From contig CM119371.1 of assembly GCA_051294905.1 (NCBI GenBank), positions 7,442,001 through 7,506,000 on the forward strand: 64,000 bases of DNA. Direction: 5' to 3'. Origin of the DNA: Botryllus schlosseri (Eukaryota). Every line of letters starts with the position of its first letter. Position 1 is the first letter of the stretch. Positions 38,853 through 51,384 of this stretch are shown one piece after another. A program made the translations under genes and the position numbers. A model generated the notes under the pieces. It was not told the origin of the DNA and ran no database searches. It was given only the letters and a program-made list of their open reading frames with translations.

Positions 38853-40487
38853 CTATCTCTTCACAAATACGGATCTGTAAATCTTAAAACATTCATCTAC
38901 TTTTTCTGTCACTATAGTCCATTTGTCTTGCGATATATCATACTTTTCAATTACATCAGAGGTTTCGCAATCTGTTACTGCAAAAATCCACTTGCCAATG
39001 TGATATGCAGAAACTCGACTATGACAAGCATTCATAGAAGATAATGAAGTCCACTGCGCTGAATTAACATCGTAACATTCTACGTTGTCAATGTCGCCTA
39101 TCATTCTTCCACTCCGGCCACCGATCACGAAAATCTTTTGATCAACTGCAACAACACCACTTGAACATACAGGATATCTAATTGGGTCGAGATCAACCCA
39201 CTCTGATGAGGATGGAGTGAATCTGCAGAATGATGAAACTAAGAAACCATCTTGTCCTCTACCTCCGATACAATAGATGGAATCATTCAATGATACAAGA
39301 CTTGTTGAACGAATCGCTGAAGGTTTGTCTTTTAGTTGAATCCATTGATTCATGAGGGGAGTAAATATTTCCACATCACTTGCTGCTTTAGGATAACTTC
39401 CTCCAATAACAAATATTGATCCCGACAAAGAAACTGAGCGAGGATGGTTTCCATGGTCACAAATCATATCTTTCATCCTTACCCAATTTGAATTTTTGCT
39501 CTGAAAATTGAGTCGATGAACTGATTTATTCCGACATAAAATATAGATATATGAGTCAAGAGAAATCGCCGAGAACTGTTTCAAATTCTTAAACTTCTCA
39601 TCCTGAAACTTCTCTAGTTTTTCAGTTACTGGATTGAATGATCGGATACAATCTGTCTCATCATCAAATAGAATGATCAATTTATCATCGACAATTTCTT
39701 CATTCATTTTGTCCGATGCTTCAGGAACTTCTAAAAGATGTCCAGTTATCAATTTGTACAATCCGAAGTCGTTTCTGATGATTTGGTTTGATTTCAAAAG
39801 ACGTTCTAAAAATGCCGGAGAGACTTCATCAAAGTTGACGGCTTCGAGACACTTGTGCAAATGCTCCTGATTTTTCCCATTTTTTTCAACCCAATTGAAC
39901 AGCAATGTTAGTTTGTCTTCTTCACATAACTTCGATTTTTCAGACTTCACATAATTCAGGATGTTAGTTTTTTCAGTATTTCCAAACTCCGGCTGGCTTG
40001 ATACTTCCATGATATTTTCATGAAAAAATGCTCTGCATCGCGTAGAGACGGCATCCAGTCCATACATATCGGCGACATTTCTTGTGGAAAAGTAATTCTC
40101 TACATTAACTGATCCCTCCAAAACATCAGATACTGCCCGTTTCACGTCTTCCAACTGCATCATGATTGCGACATGAAGAAGCTCATTCATCTTTTCTTCA
40201 GGAATCTCAAATTGGCCCGAATATATGAAATCGATGCAGCTTTTCACACACATAGAATCGACCTCTTTCAAAACAACTTTTCCTTCGCGACTCTCTTTAG
40301 TATCGTGCTTTAACATAGCTTTGAAATAAGCACAACCAGCCGACAATACATTTCTGTGAGTGTAATAGACATCATCTCCTACTTGAATTATGAAATCACA
40401 GTGATCGTTCTCTTGCTTCATTCGATGTAATTCTTCCATCATCTTCACTGAATGTTTCTCTACATTTCGACACACAATCTGCACCAT
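38853..40487 (-). CDS. Kelch-like protein K3 (BTB-BACK-Kelch), single ORF
   Basis: Full-length open paralogue with the same motifs. Ends IYRSVFVKR*. Confidence 0.92.
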   Translation of the reverse strand: MVQIVCRNVEKHSVKMMEELHRMKQENDHCDFIIQVGDDVYYTHRNVLSAGCAYFKAMLKHDTKESREGKVVLKEVDSMCVKSCIDFIYSGQFEIPEEKMNELLHVAIMMQLEDVKRAVSDVLEGSVNVENYFSTRNVADMYGLDAVSTRCRAFFHENIMEVSSQPEFGNTEKTNILNYVKSEKSKLCEEDKLTLLFNWVEKNGKNQEHLHKCLEAVNFDEVSPAFLERLLKSNQIIRNDFGLYKLITGHLLEVPEASDKMNEEIVDDKLIILFDDETDCIRSFNPVTEKLEKFQDEKFKNLKQFSAISLDSYIYILCRNKSVHRLNFQSKNSNWVRMKDMICDHGNHPRSVSLSGSIFVIGGSYPKAASDVEIFTPLMNQWIQLKDKPSAIRSTSLVSLNDSIYCIGGRGQDGFLVSSFCRFTPSSSEWVDLDPIRYPVCSSGVVAVDQKIFVIGGRSGRMIGDIDNVECYDVNSAQWTSLSSMNACHSRVSAYHIGKWIFAVTDCETSDVIEKYDISQDKWTIVTEKVDECFKIYRSVFVKR

Positions 40488-41885
40488 GATTGTCAATCAT
40501 TCACAATAGGCTATATAGAATGATCCTACGATTATTATGATATAGTCAAGCACTGTTATTGAAGTAAAGATGATTAGTAGGGCAATTTTTTTGACATGTC
40601 AAGAAAAGTCAAAAATGTAGCGTTAGTTCAAAAATTGTCTAAATTGTTCACGAAGTCAAAATTTTTTTGACCTCTAAATTTCATTTGTATCGTAGATTTT
40701 GCAATGTCGGTGAACTTACCATTTGATATTTTACAGCTTGTAGGCTAGTTTATAAGCTTACCGTTGCAGACAGCATATTGTCTGCTCATTGCAAATCATT
40801 AACGGTTACAAGCACACACACTCTCACTCCTAACAAACATTGGTCAAACATTTATGAAGTAGCCAAATAGCACATGTCTCGTCTACATGCACTTAGTCAA
40901 GTATTCAAGGACTAGGAAATGCAGTCATTCTCAATCATTTGTTCGACTCCGGCAGCTGAGATACACTACAAATATTTTGAATTTAGTCAAATGGGAAGCA
41001 GCGTTTGGTTAAATTTGTAACATCAATTTTACAACTTAACTAAACCAGACGATGTATTTACTCAGTCACGGCATCATGGCAAATTTTAAAAAATTGCAAC
41101 AATTAGCGACTGCATCGCCAAGATGCATATTGCGATTTTTTTCCTCTATGCAACTGAATTGCAATTTACAAATTATGTCCAATTTTATCCATATCGTTAC
41201 TAATAAAAGGGATTGATGGTACAAAAAACTCCTAATTTCCTTATTCTTAGTAATTTAAAGACACTTTTGAAAGCAATTGTTTTCATAATAAAGAAGTTGG
41301 AGTCAGGGTCCTTTTCACAAATTCTGACTCCAGCCACTATAGTTTTCACGACTCCGACTCCAAGGCATGCTTTTAGACTGCGACTACATTCAGCGAAAAA
41401 TTAGCCACACTCCAACTCCAAAACCCTGGTTGTAAGCAACAGATAGGACAAAGGCAGAGAGACATTGAATTTCAAGCCTAACCTGAACACAGTTGCGTTT
41501 TAAATTTAGTGTAGATAAATTTATAAAATCTGATATGCCAAAGCCTCAGGTTCCGCAAACAACAACTCAATATTATTCAAAACACTGAGGCGAAGTGAAT
41601 GTGTCAAACTAGCTGTAGTAACAAAAGCGAAAGAATCAAAACTTCTGTACATAGTAGCCCAGGTATTACAAATTTACAATATCCATCCTAAATTGCGTAT
41701 TTTCCTTAATTCAAGAAAGAAATCGTATTTTGGCTTTGGGAATAGTCAGAATTTATACATCTCCGAAATGCAGTGGTTCTTGACCTTTCTATAGTCGTGG
41801 CCCGATTTCTATTTGTAAATATGCCATGACCCACCACTCAGCCTCAATCTCCACTTAAGCGGCAGCAATACGGCAGGGTTAGACC

Positions 41886-42786
41886 CAGCGTTGGGATGGC
41901 TCCAGTCATGATTTGACTTGAGTCACATTTTCGTATGACTAGACTCGAGTCACTTTGCAAAAATGACTTGACTTGGCATTTCAGAAATGTGGATTGACTC
42001 ATGACTCTGTGCAAAATTTACGAGTGAATTTCAAGTCGTCAAGTAACGGCGTTGATCAAAATGACTGATCTTGCAAATATTCGGATTGTCTTGATACGCT
42101 GGGGTGAAGTTTGAGAGTGAGCATCGAGCAATCACTCAATGATTTTGCGTTTTACTTCGCCTCCATTGTTCTATCATTAATAATTTGACCGCAAACAAAG
42201 TGATCTGAGCTCGCAAACTAGTAGTATAGTAATCTAATGGCACAGTATATATCCATTTTATATAGAATGCTCATTGCTCATAGTGATCGGTACCCGCCTT
42301 AATCAAACCCCGCATGTGATTCGAATCGGATTATAATCAAGTTAATAAGTTTATTTTACTCGCAACCATTGGCACAGGCTTAAATTGTATCTCACAGATG
42401 TGTAGGTGGCTAGTACATTGCATCATATCAATTCCTTATAACTTTCTGAGGTTTCCTATTCTCTATTTTGGCCGATGATTAGAGGCTATACAGGTACTTG
42501 GGTAGTTCTGCGATACGAAGCCATTTTTGCATTATATTCAACTCTATAGTAGTCTCTCGATTACAAATAAATGGCAGCTTTCAAACATCTTTCAAAATGC
42601 AATGATGCAATTTTGCCCCACACTTCCAAAAATTAACTTGACTTGAATTGTGACTTGACTTGACTCGAGACACCTCCAAAAATCGAGTGAATTGACTCGA
42701 GTCAACTTTGGAAATTGATTGACTTGACTTGAGTCAAAACGTGCAATGACTCGTAACTCGAAGGTAGTGACTTGATCCCAACACTG
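41886..42786. mobile_element. GACTCGAGTC-rich hAT MITE (same family as 16013-16968)
   Basis: Ends CAGCGTTGGGAT...ATCCCAACACTG. TSD GTTAGACC/TTTAGACC. Confidence 0.8.
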
Positions 42787-43494
42787 TTTAGACCTAGCAA
42801 GAGAGGTGAGAGGCCCATTCAATGGATGTTACGTCACAGTTCCCTTGTCATCGACACCAAGTTATTATTTCAACTCAATAGCAGGTTGCGAGTTGAGCAT
42901 GGGGCGTCAATATTATTTACGAGCGGCACACTGTAATTTTACGATTCGTCAAGGGGTATCTGGACCTTGACTTGAACAACTAGAACTTTGATATTTTCCA
43001 AATTAGGGTTAAATCAGAATGATAGCTACACTGTTTTTCGCAATTAAAGGGTAGAGTAAGAATCATAGCTGACCAGAGTTTTCCAAACTAGATTAAAATT
43101 AGAAATATGGTTACACTCTTCTTCCAAATGATATTAGAATTGACAAGTTCACGAAAACTTGGACATTGAATCAAGTTCAGTTCATATCAAATCATAGTTC
43201 CGAGCACGATAAATCTAATGTATGTTCTGCAAGCTTAGCTCGTTTCAAGCTTTACAGTTCTTCTGCAGCATTTACAGGATAACCGGAAATTAGATTAGAA
43301 TTAAAATTGGAGCATAGAAACATTTCTGAAATTTAATTTTAGTTAGAGAAAGAACACATTTCAAGAAATCGATTACGTGCATTTCAATCTAATCAGTCAA
43401 ATTGGACAACTAAAATTATCTAGTTGTCCAAGTACGTCTGGACATCCTCCGCCTTTTAGGGTCAACTGTTTGATTTGAAGTCCGACTTGGATTG

Positions 43495-43741
43495 TTACTT
43501 GGTGCCTGCAGTGGGCTTCGCCCGGTAACTAGATGTCGACAAATTGAAGGAAGCGCTTTTCGTAATGAGTTCACGACAAATGTGAAATTTTGTCGGTGTC
43601 TGCTTCTGTGACAATATGCGATCCAGTGATGGGGGCTGGGGTTTGAATTTTACAAATTCTTCGTTTGCCTGCTTCAAGCCACCGCATCCTTACTCCCCTT
43701 GAAACTTCGCCGGGTTTGCGCTGCTTCACGGCCTCCTTGAT
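43495..43741 (-). pseudogene. Terminal-exon relic 'A' (copy 3)
   Basis: ORF piece ANEEFVKFKPQPPSLDRILSQ..AGTK*; acceptor TTTTTTGCAG. Confidence 0.35.
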
Positions 43742-43842
43742 CTGCAAAAAAATAGTAGCGAGTCAGTCAATGCTAGCATTGGAATCGCAGGCTAATAAGA
43801 TATTTTTTAAATTCAGGGATTTTGAGAAAGCATCTTCTTGAG

Positions 43843-44849
43843 CAGTGGTTCTCATCTGGGGGTCCGCGGAGCCTCGAAATAGTTGATAAGCTACTTCGTA
43901 TATTTTCAAATTCGGAAAATCACGAGGCACTTTCGCTTCATTACCCGTATAACCCCTGAGCTGACATCAACAGAATGGCAGTCTGAAGTGAAATATCCGA
44001 CTGTGCAGACTCGTTTTAATTGCTAAATAGCTGATAGCCTACCGATACAAACATTTTCCTGTTAGGAGATGTTTTGTTGGATGAGTAAGGTCAAGCACGG
44101 TCACTCCGAAATGTCTACAAAAAACCATTTTCTCCTGCGATAACCATTTTTTCATCATAACTTCAAGATAAGCTGCGAGATAGAAATGACCGGGATTGAC
44201 GTTAACGTGCGGGGCGTGCAACTTCTCGGCTAGTCGGCTATGGAAAAATTAGGTACTAGGCGGGCCGGATTCCTGAATTGATACACAAACCACATATTCA
44301 TCCACCTATATATTTATTGTAACCTTCAAGTTCAAAGTACAGGGATTATTGGATTATTCGTAATGTAATTCAATAGCTGTTGAAGTCAATGAGATATCTG
44401 TGGTAATCAAGTTGTCAACAAATTCTTTAAACTCTGGGTGCATTTCAGCCGTAGAAACCCTTGGGAGAGAATGCAAGTGAACGTCAGTTAGATTATTAAT
44501 GTTTATGCATTGCTAATGTTTGCTCGCAAATGTATGTTGACCCGCGGGTCACATTATCATGGGAGACTGTTCGTCAATTTTAGTGCCATGTTTATTGCGA
44601 TCATACCCAAATGAGTCATCGGAAGCGTTACGTATTATTATTTCATTCTCCAACACCTGTATTTGTGGAAATGGATTTTCGGCACTCGTTAATATCCAAT
44701 CGAAGATGCCAATTTTCAACACACGACCACGTATTTCAAGAAATGCAATTGCTGAATTCGCTTTGAAGTAATAGGAGTAAACACAATTTCTAGATCGATA
44801 TAATGATCTTATTTTCAAGTATACAACAAAAAAAGGTTGAGAATCACTG
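43843..44849. mobile_element. hAT (Charlie-like) non-autonomous element
   Basis: Ends CAGTGGTTCTCA...TGAGAATCACTG. Degenerate TSD TTCTTGAG/TTCTAAAG. Absent at the paralogous site ~34470. Confidence 0.65.
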
Positions 44850-45679
44850 TTCTAAAGGTAAAGCAGCACTTAGTTTGCTCTTAAAGCAGAGTTACAATAT
44901 CCTTTGAATGTCTTGGACACGCTACATTGCTGTGATAATAATTCCAACTACCGTATTGCATAATAATGAACTACAATCTTCTTTAATCTTTTTCATAATC
45001 GTAGACCTTCACCATTTTAAAGAATGCTCAAAACTTGTCCACCTTAGTTTCCATAATATAGCGAATCCGTTGTGATCCTAATCGGAATAGGGATGATACC
45101 CTGCTGTAACCCATCAGAAATGCTAATGCTACAAACCAATCATCTTTCGACATAACCGGATCACGATCTAACACATTGGTTTTTCAACCAGGGTCTACGG
45201 AACATTATTAGGTAACTGCTAACCGATTGATAAATATAATTTGTGACATTGGAAGCTAGGGTCGACCAACACAAACCCAGATCTCTGCACCGTCCAGTCA
45301 GATTCCAGGTTTTTAAGAGTGTATTCATGACTGACTATCAAAACTACTTATATAATTCAGTAGTTTTCAAAGACAGCAATTTTTATTTCTCCTTGAAGTA
45401 GTCTACTTCTGGGTTGCTTGGAAAATAGGGTTCTACGTCCTCCTTTCTCAGGTTTCTGAAAATATCCTCCGAGGACGCAGAAATGTCCTCCTTTTTGGCA
45501 TTTCGTCCTATTTTACAGTTAAGATAATGGATAGATTGGAGTGAGAATGGGCCTGTGACCTTTGCATTGATACTTTTACTTGGAGTAGCTTTCTCGACCA
45601 CTTCTGATCATGCATACGGGCTCATGCAATCGCAGATAGTTATTCTTATTCTTAGTAACTATTCCGAGACAGCTAGGAG

Positions 45680-45945
45680 ATATATATATATATATATATA
45701 TATATGATATTCTTTTTCGCCTGCACCATCGAGATGCTTTGACGACGGAGTTGCGATACGGCCGTGAGGTCATCTAGTCTGCGCCCCTGTTTTTTCTCCT
45801 TCATGCTATCCGTAATGGCTGAGCGCCTAGCAGGATAGTTGCGGATACCAAATTTCGAGTCCTTGGTATGACCCGGCCGGGGATCGAACCCACGACCTAC
45901 CGATCGAGAAGCCGGACACATAACCATTACACTATCTCGCTCGGT
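45680..45945 (-). mobile_element. tRNA-derived SINE
   Basis: A and B boxes as in 35512-35735, (TA)n tail. Same insertion point as that copy. Confidence 0.8.
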
Positions 45946-45947
45946 GG

Positions 45948-48486
45948 ACTTTACGTCAATCCAAATTTACTGGTCTTGGTGTGCAATATTTATTTCATGA
46001 TTTCTTTGTCAGCTCGGAATGGGTAAATATTGAATGTAGACATAGGTAGAGAGTGTAAATATTGGTGTGCTCATGTCACCGGAGATAGCATAGTGCTATG
46101 AATATACACGGGATTTCATTCTGAAATTCTCAACATCACGGACATAATGTTTACTATATATTTGTAACACTGTTTTCAATTCTGGATATGTCACAGTATT
46201 TCATAGCAACTCACCTGATGTCATCGTGATTACAGAAAATCTTGAGGTTGAGATCTTGTCTTTTGGCAGGTGACAAGGTCTGGAAGAAAATCTCACAATT
46301 ACACAGCCGGCAAAATAGATTTAAACCAGAATCGAACAACTGGAAAATGTTCAGCTTTTCCAAAATAGAGTCGAGTTACAGCTGCAAAGTTTTTTCCAAA
46401 TTAGAGTAGAATTATAGCTACACAGTTATTTCCAAATTATATTAAAATCATGTTTATAGCTAGCTTTGTTCCAATTAGATTAGAATTCACACAAACTCAT
46501 GGTTCATTCTTAGGAGCGTGAATTGAGTATAGCATGCTGCATGATAATAGCAAATGTCTGTAGAGCAGGCTTGGCTCGTTTCGCACTATACAGTTCTCCT
46601 GTAGCATTTACAGGAAAACCAGACATTAGATTAGAAATAAAATTAGAGCATAGAAACATTTTACAAATTGGATTAGAATTAGATTACCGGTGCCAGCATT
46701 TAGGAAGATTTGTTTGGTTATTAGACTCTGCCCTGTGCCCAACGTCACATCAACGATGTAATCAACTATCCCATAAAGCAGGGGCGGGCCGGATCCGGCC
46801 CGGGAAGGCATTTTTTCCAGCCCACGGACAGTTTTCTGTCTTACATGATAATGTGGCCCGTGGCCCCAGTCTGCCAAGATTCCCCACTACTTGTTTATTA
46901 CGTCAAATTTTAGTAAACTTATGTTATTATATACGTGTATTCGCAGCGTTGCGAGAGTGGAGCTTACGCGTAAGTTCGTCGAAGCGAGAAGACTTGCATT
47001 ATCGGCATTTACGATGCACTCAACCCTAATGTCGTCTGTGGTAATCATGATTTTTGTCGACTTCAATGGCCATTTACACCAGGCTGATACTTCTTATTTT
47101 TGATTCCGTAAGCGCCGACTTGTAGCACGGCACACTTCTAGACTTCTGTAAGGCATCGCTTATGCCAGAGGTTGCCAACTCAAAACGGGTCGCAGGCCAC
47201 TTTTCAGATTTTGTAGAGGATGCGGGCCGCACGAATTCAATATCGAGATTAATTAGGCCACACAGTTGAACAACGACGCTATCTCGTCACCTACTTAACC
47301 CTAATGAATTGATATCTTGGTAAATCAGGGTTACCGGGCTTATCGAACGCCTCGAAATCTTAATTAGTGATTGCACCCTGTGTTGATTGATCAGATAGAA
47401 GCAGACATGGTGGCGCCTGTATGACAATGCTGTTCTCAAATCCACATTGTCTTCGCCATTATCAGTGAGAAATGGCTTTGAAATGACATCGCTGTTGTTA
47501 AAATACATTCATTAAATTCGACACATTCTTTGTATGTGTGGATAAATGGGCGTATAATGAATCCGGCCTGCCTAGTACTTAATTTTCCTATATCAGGCCC
47601 AACGACTGGACAAGTTGCCCGCCCTTGCCATAAAGGAATTCAATCTTGATCAGCACAAACGAATACAGAGGCGTGCTTGAGTGAATGCTTTTAAACGGGA
47701 TTTCGAGAACGTGCAGTACTGGCAAGGATAGCGATTAGCCATACATCAATTGTTCTATTAGCAGACACACACGGCTCAATCAGTACCTACAAACCGGGAT
47801 AAAAACTTCAACGTAGGGAACGAATTGAAAACTGATGTCATTAAGTTGACTTCAGTAAGCAATTCCTAAATACTTAGGCAGGTGCGAATAGAATGTCTAT
47901 GTCCATACTAATTGTGGCTTGAAAATACGCAGTCGGATAAAACTCACCTTGAATGACAATTTGTAAACTTGCTTGACTCTGATCGGAAGAAGATCATTGC
48001 CTGTGCATATAAAGAAAGGATACATCGGGACAGAAATGGTTCAAATTTGAACTTTACAGTCACCCAATGTGTTCAGACTTGTTGTTACAGATAGAAAGAA
48101 GATTGTTACTAGTGGTTGAGTTGAATTTATTGTGAATAATTTTACAATTCAAAACACCCCACCATAGCATTGATAACAAATAGGTAATCGAATCCGAAAT
48201 CATTGATTTTACGAAAATATGAAATCAGAATTACTCACTTTCATCTCCCGGGAAGATTTGTCAGACATTGATGCATGTCAGATTCCAACTGATTGACGTT
48301 GGTCGAGATCGTCATGCAAACTTCTTTCATCACCAAAGCAAATTCACATTGGACAACCAGACTATTAAATGATACGTTATAAATGATGATCTGCTGATTG
48401 CAATCCACTGTAACCAATTGAAGAGTGGTTATGAAAAGTAAGATTAATGAATCTATATACACCACAGGTTACTCAAGCCTGGCCAT
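45948..48486 (-). pseudogene. Decayed FN3-like glycoprotein gene, copy C4 (interrupted by MITE 46779-47627)
   Basis: ATG at 48486. ORF 48241-48465 reads VYIDSLILLFITTLQLVTVDCNQQIIIYNVSFNSLVV. Colinear with the other copies. Confidence 0.45.
46779..47627. mobile_element. hAT (Charlie-like) non-autonomous element
   Basis: Ends CAGGGGCGGGC...GCCCGCCCTTG. Perfect TSD CCATAAAG. Confidence 0.8.
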
Positions 48487-49770
48487 GGTACTAGCAGATG
48501 TGGTGGATAACGAGTTACCGATAGTCGCCGCATATAAACATAATCGAAATGGTTAGATTTGAGTAAAATCAGGAATCTTGATTTTGGATAGCGAAAAAAT
48601 GACACTTCTTTATTCGGCACACTTAAATTCATCAAAAACAATAAAAATGACGAGATAAACAAAAATTTTATCCGATTTTATTTCGTACTTAATCATTGTT
48701 CATCCACGATTCTCATAGAATAAGATATTCATATCAACTCGCAACTTGGAACCTAAACTCTATTTGGAAGCGCATCCTGTTGTGAGCAATATTCTCTATA
48801 AGCTGCATACGTGCGCAAATGCGCCGTGCTGAGATGGTCTCTGCACACAAAAAAATCGAAGGGATGACTTTGTTTTAGTCGTTAGTCGTTACGCACTTTC
48901 GTCCAAGGGTCTGCGCAGTGAGTTGGCGAGTGTGCGCAGACTCGTCAAAAAATAGAGGGAACACAAATTGTGAGTATTCCTTTTGAAGAGCGAATAACTT
49001 GATATCGTATGCGATTCAACAAGGGACAGATCATCAGCAATGACTTGAAAATTTTAAAATATTGAATTATGGGAAGGTAAAACTCACACTGCCTACAGTA
49101 ATGAGTAGGTTCCGCACTCCTGATATTGGCCTTATAACTCATGTGAAATCAATTGCACAAGTAATCAAAATCATCGACCATATTTATATATTGAGTAAGG
49201 AACTACTGTAAATATATGATGGGCCGTCAGCTTTATACACGTTCCGTATATCTGCACAAAATTACTGCTTACTATTGCTATGACATTCATCAAATGGTAC
49301 AAATCGATCACACACCAAAATTTGAAAAACTGGACCTACAAAGTTCTGCCGCTTTGAAACAAAAAATGCACAATCTTCGAGGCAATTATGACGGATTAAA
49401 AATGAAATGAATCGAAAATTGTAATCGTGAGCAACTTTATTTTCACTCATCTATCAGCTGCAGACTTGTATAAACTATTAATCTAGTTGGTTCATGGTCA
49501 AAGAGTAGTTCTTGTCGCAAATTTTAGTGATAATTTCTAGTGATACTGGTGTTCGGTTGTGTGACTGCTAGCTTGGAGTCAACACTACTAACAATGGCGT
49601 AGCCTGGGAGTGGGTTTCAAGGGTCAAAAATTGTCCATTTCGAACTCCAAACCCTGTTCTTTTCAAACGCAGATTCCGTCTCCAGCTCAGTAATTCGCAT
49701 TATAAATACTGCAGTTACTTCGGAACTGAAAATCCAGTAATTTGTACAAGTCTGCTCAGGTGAGTGCAAT

Positions 49771-51384
49771 CTATCTCTTCACAAATACGGATTTGTAAAT
49801 TTTAAAACATTCATCCACTTTTGGTGTCACTAGAGTCCATTTGTCTTGAGATGTATCATACTTTTCAATTGCATTAGAGGTTCCTCCATCTGTTACTGCA
49901 AAAATCCACTTGTCAATGTGATAAGCATAAACTAGACCGTGACAAGCATTCATAGAAGATAATGAAGTCCACTGAGCTGAAGTAAAATTGTAACATTCTA
50001 CGTTGTCGACATTATTGGCTTCATTTATTCTTCCGCTCGTCCCACCGATCACAAATATCTTTTGATCAACTGCAACAACACCACTCGTACAAACAGGATA
50101 TCTCATTGGTTCGAGATCAACCCACTCTGATGAGGATGGAGTGAATCTGCAGAATGATGAAACCATGACACCATCTTGTCCTACACCACCTATACAATAT
50201 ATAGAATCATTCAACGATACGAGACTTGGTGAACGAATTGATGTAGGTTTGTCTTCTAGTTGCATCCATTGGTTCACAGCGGAAGTAAATATTTCCACGT
50301 CACTTGTTGCTTTATTGTAACTTCCCCCAACAACGAATATCGATCCTGACAAAGAAACTGAGCGAGGATGGTATCCATGGTCACAAAGCATATCTTTCAT
50401 CCTTTCCCATTTTGGATTTTTGTCCTGAAAATTGAGTCGATGAATTGATTGATTCCAACATAAGACGTAGATATGAGAGTCTAGAGAAATCGCCGAGAAA
50501 TGTTTCAAATTCTTAAACTTCTCATCATGAAGATTCTCCACTTTCTCAGTTAATGGATTGAAGGATCGGATACAATCTGCATCATCATCAAAAAAAATAA
50601 TTTCTTCGTTGGTTTTCTGTAATGCTTTTAAAGCTTTCAAAAGCTGTCCATTGATCAACTTGTGCAATCGCAAGTCGTTAGGGTTCGATTCCAAAAGACA
50701 TTCTAAAAATGCCGGAGAGACTTTATCGAACTTGATTGCTTCGAGACATTCGCGCAAATGTTCCTGATTTTTCCGATCTTTCTCAACCCAATTGAACAAT
50801 AACCTTAGTTTTTCTTCTTCGCATAACTTTGATTTTTCTGAGATCACAAATTTGAGGATGTTGGATTTTTCAATACCTCCAAATTCAGGTTGGTTTGATA
50901 TTTTCATGATATTTTCAATAAAAAACGCTTCACATCGCGTAGAGAGGGAATCCAGTCCATAAATATCGGCAACATTTCTTGTGGAAAAGTAATTCTCTAC
51001 ATCAACTGATTCCTCCATAACGTCAGATACTGCCTGTTTCACGTCTTCCAACTGCATCATGACTGCAACATGTAGAAGATCATTCATCTTTTCATCAGGG
51101 ATCTCAAATTTGCCCGAATATATGAAATCGATGCAGTTTTTCACACACTCAGAATCTACCTCTTTCAAAACAACTTTTCCTTCGCGACTCTCTTTAGTGT
51201 CATGTTTCAACATTGCTTTGAAATAAGCACAACCAGCCGACAATACATTCTTGTGAGTGTAATAGACATCATCTCCTACTTGAATTATGAAATCACAATG
51301 ATCATTTTCTTGCTTCATTCGATGTAATTCTTCCATCATCTCCACTGAATGTTTCTCTACATTTGTACACACAATCTGAACCAT
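49771..51384 (-). CDS. Kelch-like protein K4 (BTB-BACK-Kelch), single ORF
   Basis: Full-length open paralogue; shares the short ESNPND linker with K1. Confidence 0.92.
   Translation of the reverse strand: MVQIVCTNVEKHSVEMMEELHRMKQENDHCDFIIQVGDDVYYTHKNVLSAGCAYFKAMLKHDTKESREGKVVLKEVDSECVKNCIDFIYSGKFEIPDEKMNDLLHVAVMMQLEDVKQAVSDVMEESVDVENYFSTRNVADIYGLDSLSTRCEAFFIENIMKISNQPEFGGIEKSNILKFVISEKSKLCEEEKLRLLFNWVEKDRKNQEHLRECLEAIKFDKVSPAFLECLLESNPNDLRLHKLINGQLLKALKALQKTNEEIIFFDDDADCIRSFNPLTEKVENLHDEKFKNLKHFSAISLDSHIYVLCWNQSIHRLNFQDKNPKWERMKDMLCDHGYHPRSVSLSGSIFVVGGSYNKATSDVEIFTSAVNQWMQLEDKPTSIRSPSLVSLNDSIYCIGGVGQDGVMVSSFCRFTPSSSEWVDLEPMRYPVCTSGVVAVDQKIFVIGGTSGRINEANNVDNVECYNFTSAQWTSLSSMNACHGLVYAYHIDKWIFAVTDGGTSNAIEKYDTSQDKWTLVTPKVDECFKIYKSVFVKR

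Noticed and set aside
45870..45945. tRNA gene (also 35660-35735)
   Set aside because: A and B boxes are present, but I could not fold a convincing cloverleaf, and the sequence runs into a SINE body with a simple-repeat tail.
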